Source: Ylistrum balloti
Taxonomy: Eukaryota
DNA: 64,000 nt
Assembly (NCBI RefSeq): GCF_031769215.1
Contig: NW_026782094.1
Location: forward strand, 806,001 to 870,000
Reading direction: 5' to 3'
The translations under genes and the position numbers were made by a program. Shown one piece after another: positions 12,817 to 24,500 of the stretch (its first letter is position 1; each line of letters begins with the position of its first letter). The notes under the pieces are model-generated. The model searched no databases. It saw only the letters and a program-made list of their open reading frames with translations, and had not been told where the DNA came from.

Positions 12817-13197
12817 GGTAATGGCTAGTGATTCCTAATATCAAAAGATAGGCAATTACATTAACCTGATCAGGAAAAATAATTGTTTTTTTTTTTATAA
12901 ATCTCAAGGAAAATTAAACATACTTATATAAAAGTTAGATATCATTATTCTAATTTTTCTGATACAAGTTTTCCATTTCGACAAATCGTGTAGTTATACA
13001 GACAAATATCCCTGGAAGTAACTCACAAATATGAGAAAATTGTTTCGTGCTCTATTATATTTAAACCGAATGCTTCTAATATAATCTGTACATTTAAATT
13101 CGTTTCCAATTGGGAATTTACTGGTAGGTAAAATATAGTAAATGTCTGGACAGCGAATTTAAGAAGGAATGATTAGCTTAAGTCCAAGGATGCTTAC

Positions 13198-13270
13198 TTA
13201 AAGGACACTTTTTATCTGTTTCTCCTCGAAGAAATCTTTTCCGCCTCTGACGTGATCCCGAAAAAAACCC
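13198..13270 (-). promoter_or_regulatory. Candidate non-coding first exon/promoter of the TRIM gene
   Basis: Minus-strand donor GTAAGC at 13197-13192; GC-box-like CCGCCT at 13241 and TGACGT near 13248. The coding exon has an acceptor 18 nt before its ATG, so an upstream exon is required. Confidence 0.3.
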
Positions 13271-14671
13271 CACAGAAATAAATAAGATGATATATCTATA
13301 CTCTGCAACCTCTTACACCTCCTTCTAAGTTTTAAGAAATGCGATGATTTCTACTCAGATGTTTCTATACAAATCATTATCCATCATCACAACATACTGA
13401 CCAGGAAGACCTCGAGTCAATGATGACAAGAAAATGTAAATAGTTAATGCGTCGGTATTGTAATTATAGCACTGGGAAGTTTTATTTTCGATTCGTTTTG
13501 TCTGAACAAACAGAAGATCATAGTTACAACTAAACAAAGGAGTCCACACAACACGTCATCGATAGAAATACATTGTAGTCCCATTCAAGTCATGACATAA
13601 TACGCGGTTTTTTAAAAACTTTGTTGTGTAAATTGTTGTGCCGATTATTGATATTAATATTTAATAATAATTTAGGGATGAAGTAATCATCAATTTGATA
13701 CAAAATAATCAAATTGAAAATCCGGCTCATTTCAGATGTGCCGACGCTCACTTTACTACTAAGGTTTTGTCAACGTTTCATAATTAGAGAGGTGAAATAG
13801 AACTGAGGAAGAGATCAGTCCCTTTAGAGTTTAAAGTGTTATTAAAATTTAAAATAAAAAAAAAATAATCCCCAATTATACCTGGTATAGATTTTTTGAA
13901 GAGAAATCCTCTGAAAAGATGAAAAGTCTAAGGTAGAAGCGACGTAAAAATTTGTTATCATCAATATTTTTACAGGAAACAATTTCCAACGCCAGTGTAG
14001 CTGTACTTCCACCTTGACTCTCTTACCAAAGTTGATATTTAGATATTAATACAATGCATTACATATAGAAATATAAACAGTAAAAACAAAGCCGTTAAAT
14101 AATAACTTGCCTTTTGAAATCCACTGATGGCTTGCTTTAATCCTTGTGTTTACTCACAGCCAAACTATTACCTAATATATATATTCCTTGTGTAGTTATC
14201 AGTCAGAGAAAAAAGCCTATATACCCATGTGTACAATACAATCAATGGCCAGTTATGTCAGGCCCTTTAAATAACACAACAAAGTTAAGAATTGGGCCAA
14301 ATTGGTCATGACAAGACATACGATAACATTGGTGTTCATTAGACCGTGTAACAACGTTGTTGTTTTGTTCCTGTACAAAATAAATATGACAAATCTTTGG
14401 TCTTAATCATAGGCGAGGTATTACGTAGTGCAAATATCAGGTTACAGTCTACAGTTTATGAAGTCATTGGGAGCTGTATATCTAATATGATACTGTTTAA
14501 TAATAACTTTATACTAAGATATATATATACATTACGTTACCCAGAAAGACGTTAAATGAAATATATTCGGAAAGTTAGTGACATGTAGCTATTTATATAT
14601 ACTGTATATTGATCATATTCGATTAGAAATTAAATCACTACCTATCAATATACATGGAGTAGACCATTAAC

Positions 14672-14681
14672 AAAAAAAAAA

Positions 14682-14712
<31 letters not shown>

Positions 14713-14720
14713 CAAAAACA
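14672..14720. repeat. Poly(A) followed by (AAAAC)n
   Basis: Read directly. Confidence 0.95.
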
Positions 14721-14837
14721 CTGTCTACACTGTTCTTTTGTTTTTCGCTATTTCATAATATCGATGATTTTGTTCTTGGCAATGATGACGATTTCATATT
14801 TTAATAATAGTATATACTAGAAGATTATTTCATATGT

Positions 14838-14955
14838 CGGGGTGTATGGATATTCCCCCCGAGAGGTCACAAAATGTCGTTAAACCCAAATCTAGGGCTT
14901 GATTTTTTTTAATAATTTGTGGCCCAGAAGATAAAGCATCCCATCCTTCACCCCG
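14838..14955. repeat. Imperfect ~118-bp palindrome, probably the terminal structure of a DNA transposon remnant
   Basis: Outer arms CGGGGTG/CACCCCG; inner arms GGTCACAAAAT/ATTTGTGGCC. Confidence 0.5.
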
Positions 14956-17239
14956 GTATATGAAAGAGGGTTTCCTTTCATTTCCCAATCTAAATTATTA
15001 GATTGAAATGGCTTCCGATGTCGACAATGCACTACAAAGGACGCCATATTACACAAAAATGATACTTCTTAATATGTAATTAATCGACAAATTGGCATAG
15101 AAAAAAATCTCCGTACCTAAATAAGACCAACCACATTTGCCCTAAAAATAAAGCAGTATACAGAGTATATGTGTGTGATACAAGAACAGCGAACCTGGTT
15201 GTATTACCCTGGACAGACCAGTATTACACGGGTAGAAATGAGAAAAAGTTTACTTTCTCCATATATGTATATGCATGTGAACTTGATATTACACTCTGAT
15301 CCTATATCTTTGATTGTCTTCAGTGAATTCGGCATCATTCAAATCATATTTATCTCCCTTTAATAACATTTGCGGTTAACTTACATAAACTACCACAGAC
15401 GTTTTATCAAATAATACACTACCCAATGAGCCATCAATTTTTTGCTAGGAAATTAGTTCTGCTAATGACATAGAAGCTTTTGAAAAAACTTCAAGTTTAC
15501 CAAAATGAGTTGAGTTCGGGTTGTATCCAATGTAGGTTTTATATATATACAAGTCTGTACGTACGTAGAGTTCTGCAAGATGACTCGTTATCGAAACAGC
15601 TTCTCTGAACAAGGGTTAGACTGGTAGAAGGCGTTTTTGTTTAGGTATCTAAGTTCTGTCGAAAAGTACAATAACATTGAAAGAACTTTAGATATCAAGT
15701 CCCTATAATGCAAACTTTTAAAACTTTTACAAAAGCTGAAATCCGATATTGATTCTGTATCTATAAACTGCATTTGTCTATGCAAAGAAAATAAGAACAA
15801 TGACATCACTTTTTAGCTTTGACAACATTACATCATCTTTAAAGATAAACCTCCCAACCATTCCTTAGAGAATGCCTCATTTTGAAGCTGATGAGCATTT
15901 GTCTTTCATATAATACAATTAATATACGATTATGATACACGTTTTGAGAGCAAAAGTCCTCAATAAAAATTTTGTCAAGAATTAATAATCTTTGAATAAA
16001 TTCTTGTTATTATTATAGTAAAAGGTCGGTAGATCTTAGGTGAGACAATCTGCATATTTCATGGACAATTTAGTTCATTCTGAATGTTACATTGGTTTGT
16101 TAGGTTTCCATGTATCTAATACATATATATAACAATTGAACTGGGTTGTAACTTCGTAAAACAAACAATGAATACATTTCTGCGTGCTTATTTGTCAAAT
16201 TTCAGCATTATGAATATTCTTACTCCGTACCGGTATAACATAATGACTGAACCAGAAATTTCTATGTGTGAGTTAAATTTCACATGCTGTAAACATACAA
16301 AAGTTATCAGGAAGAACGCTTGGCAGTCAACAGGCACTGGCTCTATATAAATATTGTTTTTTTTAGTCGGGACGTAAAACCGATTATCCGGGTTCCTGCA
16401 CTTAAATAATCGATTGGGGAGCATTTCCTTGGTAACTTGAGCTGCTTTTGAAGCCAAAAAACCAGTTGGACGAACTACAAGATTCTCCCTAGCTCTGCAT
16501 GTTTATTGAATATTATCGGGACACGAAACAAGCGATAGTACAAGACCACCGCAGGGATTCGGCCTTGAACTCGTGTTACCGGAACATCTTCTTACAACTC
16601 TCACGTTTAAAGAAACACATCCAGTAGGTTGTGGAGCAGCCTATGTAAAATGATTTGTATAATACTACTGTATTTCATGCAATTGCATCTATGGTGTTCC
16701 TTTAGTGTTTTTTTTTTTTACATTTCATTACATGACATTGTCTTTACATTTACATGTTTTCAATGCTATCAACTGAAAACATGATTCGATTAGACTGATT
16801 CATGTTTTCAAAGTACATTTTTTCTAAGTGATTTCATTTCAGTAATCTCACCCTTCGGCCAGTTCCTGGCAGAATATCCCATTGCACATTTATATAATGA
16901 AATTGACTAAATTATGAAATCAAGTATATTCGACAAAGAAGAACAAATCACCAGAATTGTTACAAGCTTGTTGAAACATTGAAATAACAGTCAGATCGGT
17001 TTTAAAAACACACTAAGATAGTCACTACAGATCTATTGCAGTGTAAAGCAACTATTTTTTAGATCCTTGCAATTGAACAACGATCAAAAGATATTCTTCA
17101 ATTTCTGGTATGAAAAAATAATATGTAAATTATCTCAATCAATCATTTGTGAGTGATCCGAAAAATGCTACTGTGAGAGCAGATGGAAATCTGATTTTCT
17201 GAAAATACAAGAGAAAAAAAATTTCAATTCAGATTTATA

Positions 17240-17900
17240 AAAGGAAATCGTAGAATATATAAACTATATTATATAGCTCGACTTCGTCAGTGATGCAGAT
17301 GCAAAACCGTAAAATAAATAGACGACCAAGGGAAATCCTAATGTCAAATATAGATATTAAATAGGTGAAAACAAAACCAAAACACCAAGAAAATACCAAC
17401 ATGTCAACACAATCATAAACCAAACTCAAATTTAATACATCCAGGGCAAAATATGAACAAAAGAAATATTTACACGGAGACTCCTCAAAAGGTGCATGCA
17501 TAATAGGTCCAGGTGTTCTGGAGTAGTAAGCGTCTTCTGCTTCATTGATGTCACCAGCCATGTAAATCCTGGATAATAGAAGAAAGTAATGTCACGTTCT
17601 CAAACGAGAACAAGGTATAAACACAGGAACAATAGGCTAACTAATGAGTATCAAACACGTCCAGCTTCATATCAAACAAAGACATTTATTATTTTTCAAC
17701 GCGATCACTATGACGAGTGTAAAACTTCTCTATAATTTTCATCAACCTGCATCTTTTGAAACCCCTAGTAACGAGTTTATCCACAGTAAGGTAAAAAGAT
17801 ACGAACACCTGTTCAGCTGGTCTGGGTGGCAACTGTTGATTGAATTCATATGTGCCTTTAAACTAACCCCTGCTGTGGTTAAGCGATAAAACGGGTGTTG
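17240..17900 (-). mobile_element. Penelope-like retroelement remnant (RT C-terminus and 3' region)
   Basis: Minus frame reads KLVTRGFKRCRLMKIIEKFYTRHSDRVEK. 3' motif GCAGAAGACGCTTAC..CCAGAACACCTG at ~17510-17540. CAACCTGCATCTTTTGAAA is shared with ~27650. Confidence 0.7.
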
Positions 17901-18111
17901 TACAGCTCCTCTTTACGCGTAAAACCTGAAGACCTGTTATACAAAGATAAATTACATTAGGAAAGCGGTGTGGAAACAGAACACAGGTAGGAAACATGTT
18001 TTAGTAACACTTCGTTATGACATTTACGTTGAGAGATTCATTAAGTCTAAAGGGAATATTGATGGAATTATCCGTTTATGATCATTTTTTCTCTATTTAG
18101 ACGGCCAAATA

Positions 18112-21100
18112 ATGATGCAACTTGTCATTCTACTGGTGTTCGGATTTACAGGTAAGATATCTATATTACTTGATCATGAAAATGGAAATACATTTACTCA
18201 TTGCAGATACGATATACTCACTGTGTGATATTGATCAGTTTCATGATATTGATGCCAGCCATTTTAAAACTCATCAATTTAATACCACCCTATATTCAGA
18301 TTCATTATTCGAGGAACTTCATCTCTCTGACTCAATTTTGATCACTTTCAAAGCAAACGTCAATCATGATATTACATACGATGGTTATGAAAACGTTAAG
18401 GACAACGTAACAGTATATTGTTTATGATCTCGATGTCAAATATCAAAGTTGTGGTAGTATTATACTAACATAATTAAATCGGTTCATTGTTATCAAATCT
18501 AAGTCTTTGTAGCGAATTTACAAAAGACAAGTGATTAATACCTTTTAACACGGGATTAGAATGAGAAACAAATGTAACATGTATTGAGGACATATATTCT
18601 GTTTTGCGTCATTTATATCATCAGATATCATGTCATTTATCTACGAATAACAAAACAATGAGAGACCATTATTTCTTGCAAATATAATTATTTCCTGTTT
18701 TATTGAAGGCTAGCTATATTTTCTGTACTAAACTAATCTAAACAGGGACAATTGGAGTTGCCCAGAGTGATCCTACCCAGATTACAATGTCTACAAAGGA
18801 CCTAATGGTGATGGAGAGTACTGATTTCACCATCAATTGCACCACAGGGGGTCTGGCCACCCAATTACTTAGTGATCCAATGGAGTTTATATACACTGAA
18901 CAAAGTTCGGCCGACGTGGTACCAGGCGCTCGCGTCGTCATACTTTCCGCAAACAACAACCTAAAACCCAGCATTGATAGTGCTAAGTATGAGGTCTCGT
19001 TCTCCGCCCAAACTGACTTTAATTTCTTCCTCGTCGTCAAAGGTATGTTTGAAATATTACTACTACTAACTAGCATTGCAATATGACGTTAGACGGAAGT
19101 TCACAATGTATACCTGATGTTTGGTAGTAACCTTGTTCTCATTTGGGAACCGTACATTACTAACTTGACAATTTACATGGTGGGTGAGCAAACGACGCTT
19201 GCCGTTCGGATGATCTTGGTTAATTCTACATTTTTCCGGGGTCGCTATGTGAATGTTTCATTTTATATTTGTTCATATTTTGTTTTTTTTTCCTTTGTCT
19301 CATGTTGACTGATATTTCGAACAGTATCATCAATGTATATTTGCTAGGTTGATCGCCCCTAGAATAGCAGGGTCAATTTGTAGCGGTGTGTCATTGTAGA
19401 ATTGAGATGCAGCCTGACTGTTCCACATGTAGGAGGTCCAGTCTGCATTATATGTATGTGTCACAGAGCAAACGGATTAATGTCTTGCTAAAGGGCACAA
19501 CCACAACTCTTATATACCAGTAATCAAAATTTCCTGTGATACACAAATTGTCCTAAAAAGGGATCCAGCCACACATCCCGTTATCCTTTGAGGTTGTAAC
19601 GTCCGTATCTATAACATTAGTTAATACTGAATAAGAATTATAACTCTGAAAATCAGTTTGAAGGACATCAAGATTATCATAGCGATTTCTGAGAATATCT
19701 GTGTGATAGTAATGTGACATATTTTGTTTGTAGTTGCCGAATTAAAAGACACAGGTGTGTACACCTGTGCACGCGGAAACAGGAATGTCTCCACGTTTGT
19801 AGAAGTTCGTTCTAAACAAGGTAAAATACTATGTTTATATTGTAAACATATAAATAATACATGCATTAGGTGATTTACGTATTGTGATGTTTAGTCTTTG
19901 TGAATAGTCTCAATGTTATCGCAGCAGACATGTCATTTAATTGTGTATACATGTATATTGACTTTATGTCTCTGTTCCCATATCATACAAGATTTGTAAT
20001 ACATCGTTACACATAATGTGATTTCATTTTGTGGAAACATTCTTTGATTCATTGACTTTAGTATATAGTTAACGCGATGTGCAATACACCTAATCCGCTT
20101 GTAGTCTCGTGTAAAAGTTAAATGCTATACTCTTTCATCTTGTTTTGTTGGCAATCAATCATTTTTCAAATCCAAACCTCTTGTCTTGACATAGATTAAT
20201 CAACTTTTAAATATTACAAATGTTGTGTCTCAGATATTATCTGCACATGCCCAGACGGATACATCCGATTTGGCAATGCATGTTTCCGGTTTTATCATCA
20301 GCATATGTCGTGGCCAGAAGCATCGGTATGTTTACAAATACAGAGTCTCGTTTTTCTTTCAAACATCTTACCATCTTGAAATAAATCTCATGGTATAAAC
20401 TCATACTACGACGGGTAATCATATTAGTATCTTACAGAATCGTGATAATCGTGACTTACTATATGAATAAATTAATCAAATATTTTGAATGACAATAATT
20501 ATGATAATACAAAATTTGTGTCAAAACCACCACGATCGATATATTCATGTGACCACCGTCCTAAAACTGTTGTGTAACATGTACACATTTTTTGGCTTTT
20601 TTGTAACAGTATATGTGTGAAGCATTTGGTTCTCATCTGGCATACATTGAGTCGAATGCAGAGTATGAGTTCCTGAGAGCCTTCGTAACTGAGACAGAAG
20701 GTATGATACCATAAGCTTCTTGGCGATTTTGAGTAGATATAATCTTCTTCAATAAATTGTCATTAATACAGCAAAAGTGTAATGCTTAATAAAGCGGATC
20801 TTGTTGGAAAGAGGACAGGTAGATTATGTCGTTATTGGTATAAAAAACAGTCCTGAGAGTTAGAGAAAACGATATGTTTATGTAGTTGAGTATTGTTATA
20901 GATAATGCTACGGTTTAGTAACGGTCTCGTCAGAGAATCATCGAGGAAACGAAACAAAAAAAACCAATACCATTCTCCTTTAGAACAGAAGTTCTATTAA
21001 CACAGCTAGTAAGACAATTATGTCGATGGTATATATATACACTTTCACCTGCATTAAACGAATGACCAGTGTTAAGTGCTTATCTGCACTGATGTGTACA

Positions 21101-21532
21101 GTTTAGGAGACTGCAATGAATAGCCATAATATAGTCGCCATTTTGTTTCGCCATTTTCTATCTTAGTTTACTTATAATCATGTTACAGACGTAAATTTGT
21201 GAAGATTTAAATGTTTCACATTTCATCAAAAAGACATGTGCCGCGTGAATATCTGAGGTGGTTAAATCCAGGACGACCTGTACATATTAATTTTACTGAT
21301 AGGTGGTTACAATGGCGAGGGTTTCTGGCTGGGGGCAACCTCAGTTCGACTTCCGGGTCACTGGCACTGGAAATATGATTCCTCCTTGGTCGACTTTGAT
21401 GAAATGACACCATTAGATTCCAACCCTCCAAACCACGATTGCCTATTCTTGTCTGGCCAGCATGAGTTTGCTGCAAAGGGATCACTCTGCAACACTGACC
21501 AAAACTTTATATGCAAAACAAAGGTGAGTTAG
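18112..21532 (+). CDS. Secreted protein: signal peptide, degenerate Ig-like domain and C-type lectin domain (CREP/VIgL-like), about 249 aa
   Basis: Exons 18112-18151 (MMQLVILLVFGFT, phase 1), 18746-19042 (phase 1-1), 20234-20325 (DIICTCPDGYIRFGNACFRFYHQHMSWPEAS), 20610-20700 (YMCEAFGSHLAYIESNAEYEFLRAFVTETE) and 21303-21523 (FWLGAT..GHWHW..DCLFL..C..NFICKTK), all GT-AG and in frame. The last exon either splices at 21524 or reads to TAG at 21530-21532. The CTLD is strongly supported; joining it to the Ig exon is inferred from phase. Confidence 0.75.
19120..19320 (+). mobile_element. Penelope-like 3' end fragment in the lectin gene intron
   Basis: GTAACCTTGTTCTCATTT is shared with ~40586; it is followed by a GAGCAAACGACGCTTGCC motif like the other copies. 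Confidence 0.5.
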
Positions 21533-24500
21533 ATTCCTTGTAAAGTGCGAGGTATATCTTTGCAATGAATGAACATTAAAACAACGTGTCATCCTTGCAA
21601 CCTCTTGTAAGAATAAACAATAGATATTATTATACCATGTACTGACTTGCTCTGACGACTTCAGTCTTTCCTTTCAAGAAGAAAGGAAACAACATACGAC
21701 CCGATGTCATTTTGACAATTACACTAATTTTATTTAATCTTCTCGGATATCTCCAAAAACTGAACAAATTAGAAAGGTAAACCTTAAATGCACGCTTATT
21801 AAAAAGTCATTTTTAGAAAACACGGTCAGATTACAACAATGTTTGTGTATATTCATATTTGTTTATAAACCTGTCCAACATGCCTCTCACAACAAAATAT
21901 CAAAGTTATTTACGTTTCCATATAGAGTTGTATTATTAGATTTCAGTGTGTGACCATGATGGAAATTGAAACTTTTTAAAACAAAAATAGTTGAAACATC
22001 AATTATTTGATTATGATATCGCATTAACACGCACGAATTGAGATCAGTTAGAGAAACTACTGCCAGGCCTTGATATCAATATCATTTAACACTGATTAAA
22101 CGTCGACATATTGGAATATTTTCTCAACATTCATTTACCACCCAAACATAAACCCACTGGCTCGACATCAGTTATCTGAATATGATGTGCCATAACATTT
22201 AATCGATATGGACGTTCCGTTATTGTTTCAACAAAGTGCGTTTTAGAATTAAAAGAACAGATTTACCCACTTATCATACTAAATCTTCCAAATGTTTCTG
22301 CCTTGACATTTGTACTACTGATATACCTAAGATACCTTACTTTTCATTATTAAGATTCAATATCTTCCGATCTCTTCTCACCATAGGCATATTATAAATG
22401 ATCTATGATTCCCGACATTTCCTACACTACCTATATTACTCGAGAGTTCAAGATGACACGTACAATAATCAGACGTTAATGTCCCTTTCATGATCCATGT
22501 TATTTTTCAAAGATCCTTTCCGAAACAAATGGTCTTATATTCCTTGTGGGTTTTCAATGATATCCACGTAATTCATTTTTGTTCCTCTTTTGTCCTCGTA
22601 TTATTGATTTTTTAGTTCAGATCTCTCGTTTGTTAATTTATTGGTATCCTCTTGTTGTTTTTTTTTCAAAAATATCTCAAATTCTTTCACCTCGTCATCT
22701 TGTTTAATGTTACGTTCTACTTCTGTGGGATTGATCCAAACACTATCACAAAAACCTGATGTATCCCTTCTTAATGCAACCCAAGCTTAATATTTGCCAC
22801 AAGTTGCCTCAGCATCATTTTTATTTTACGCTTCATTTAGATAACAATAAACCTTTTGTGGGAGGGTTAATACTTTCCTTCAGAAAGTCACTGTCTTCTC
22901 TTTTAGTTTTGCTAATGTTTTATCAGTTTTGAATCTAAATGTGGTATTATCACAGCTGTTGTTGCCTTACATGTTTGTGTCTCCTTGTTTCATTTAGATA
23001 CATTATATTATATATCACAATCGGTATTCAGAGCACGTTTGTAACATGAGGGCATAGGGTTTAATTTAGTTATGTCACTTTATTTAAGGACTTTATATCA
23101 GACGGTGTTCATCCGAGATTTTCTGTATATGGATATGAACCATGTCAGTGAATATATACCTATACAGGGTACTTTATATCTCTTATATTTCATGACAGCA
23201 CGAATAATGCCTGTTTAGGCTGCAGGTTTAAGAATGTTCAGTGATATTCCGCATTTTTCTTCTTAATCATGCTTATATCTATTTCCTTCAAGTGCTATAT
23301 GGCTATTTTTTGTTTAGAAAATCTGCTTGAGATTATATCTGGTTCGTACTGCCATATTGTAAATATCTATATTTTTACAGGTATCCAAGTGTGTTTGAGA
23401 CAATGCAAATACAAGCGATTTACAGGAGAAAAAAGGTCTGGACAAAAAGACGTAAGACAAAATGTGTTTAAAAACAGGAAGGAAGGGAGGCAGAGGGATC
23501 CTTATCGTCACATATGACAATGCTAACAATGGACACGATTTGAGCATTACAATTAGTCTACGTCGTTATCTTTCAAAATGTACATTGCGTTTTACATACA
23601 TATGTTGTACATATATCAAATTAGTCTGGCGGCTGATTGTTTTCAATTAAAAGAACAAACGCAAATTAAGTTATTTTTTGTCATGTTTGCCCATATTTTG
23701 AGCTGATTTCTCATCGGTAGGTTTTTGGGAACATTTTGGAGACTGATGATATTTTAAAGGAAAAGTTTTGAGAAACCGTTTATTCTACGTTAGATTTACC
23801 TCTTGATCTCACTAGATTTCCTGTCATTTAAATAGTCACTATGTTATACTTGCACTTAACTGGAATTGTTTTGTTTCCGAATTGCATTTTACTTTTCCCG
23901 CAAATAATGTCAAACTTTTGACATATTCGAAAGATGTTTTACCTGTAATGCCATGCAGGAGAGTTGGTGAATTCATTTATGTAATAAAATCCTTTAAGCA
24001 CATTTTATGTTAATATCAATCCATACAAATATTAGCACACGAAAGAATGGATCAATATATAGGACAGTGAATTAATTTGAATACTACAGACCATGACCCT
24101 GACGTTAACATTTTTGTTATTTATATACTCAATATCCTAAAGTTAGAAACAGGTATTAATGTCATCGAGTCAGTATATGATTTTCTATAGTTTATGCTTA
24201 TAAAGTTTTCTTAAATGATCTAACTATGCATTTCTTCACTTTTGTCAAATATAATCTTTATAGAAGAAACTGATGTTAATAAAGAACGATTATTAATTAG
24301 ACATATTTTGAAATAATACATCACAAATTCATTATTAAAACAAATCACTTTTCATATATGTAGTAGAAACTGAAATGTATAAATGCTGGTATTGATTTAT
24401 GTTTCATAATGATATCATCATATGAAATATAATGTTATTAAAACTAATATTGTTTGTACTAACTCAAATAATAACAAATGTATAACAGTGGAAGCTGTTA

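Noticed and set aside
16188-16457. Kringle-like CRNPD in a minus-strand ORF
   Set aside because: The other kringle cysteines and the PWCY motif are absent, and there is no splice support.
23381-23520. Next exon of the lectin gene
   Set aside because: The acceptor is good, but the required phase 0 gives only VSKCV*; without RNA it cannot be told apart from read-through at 21532.
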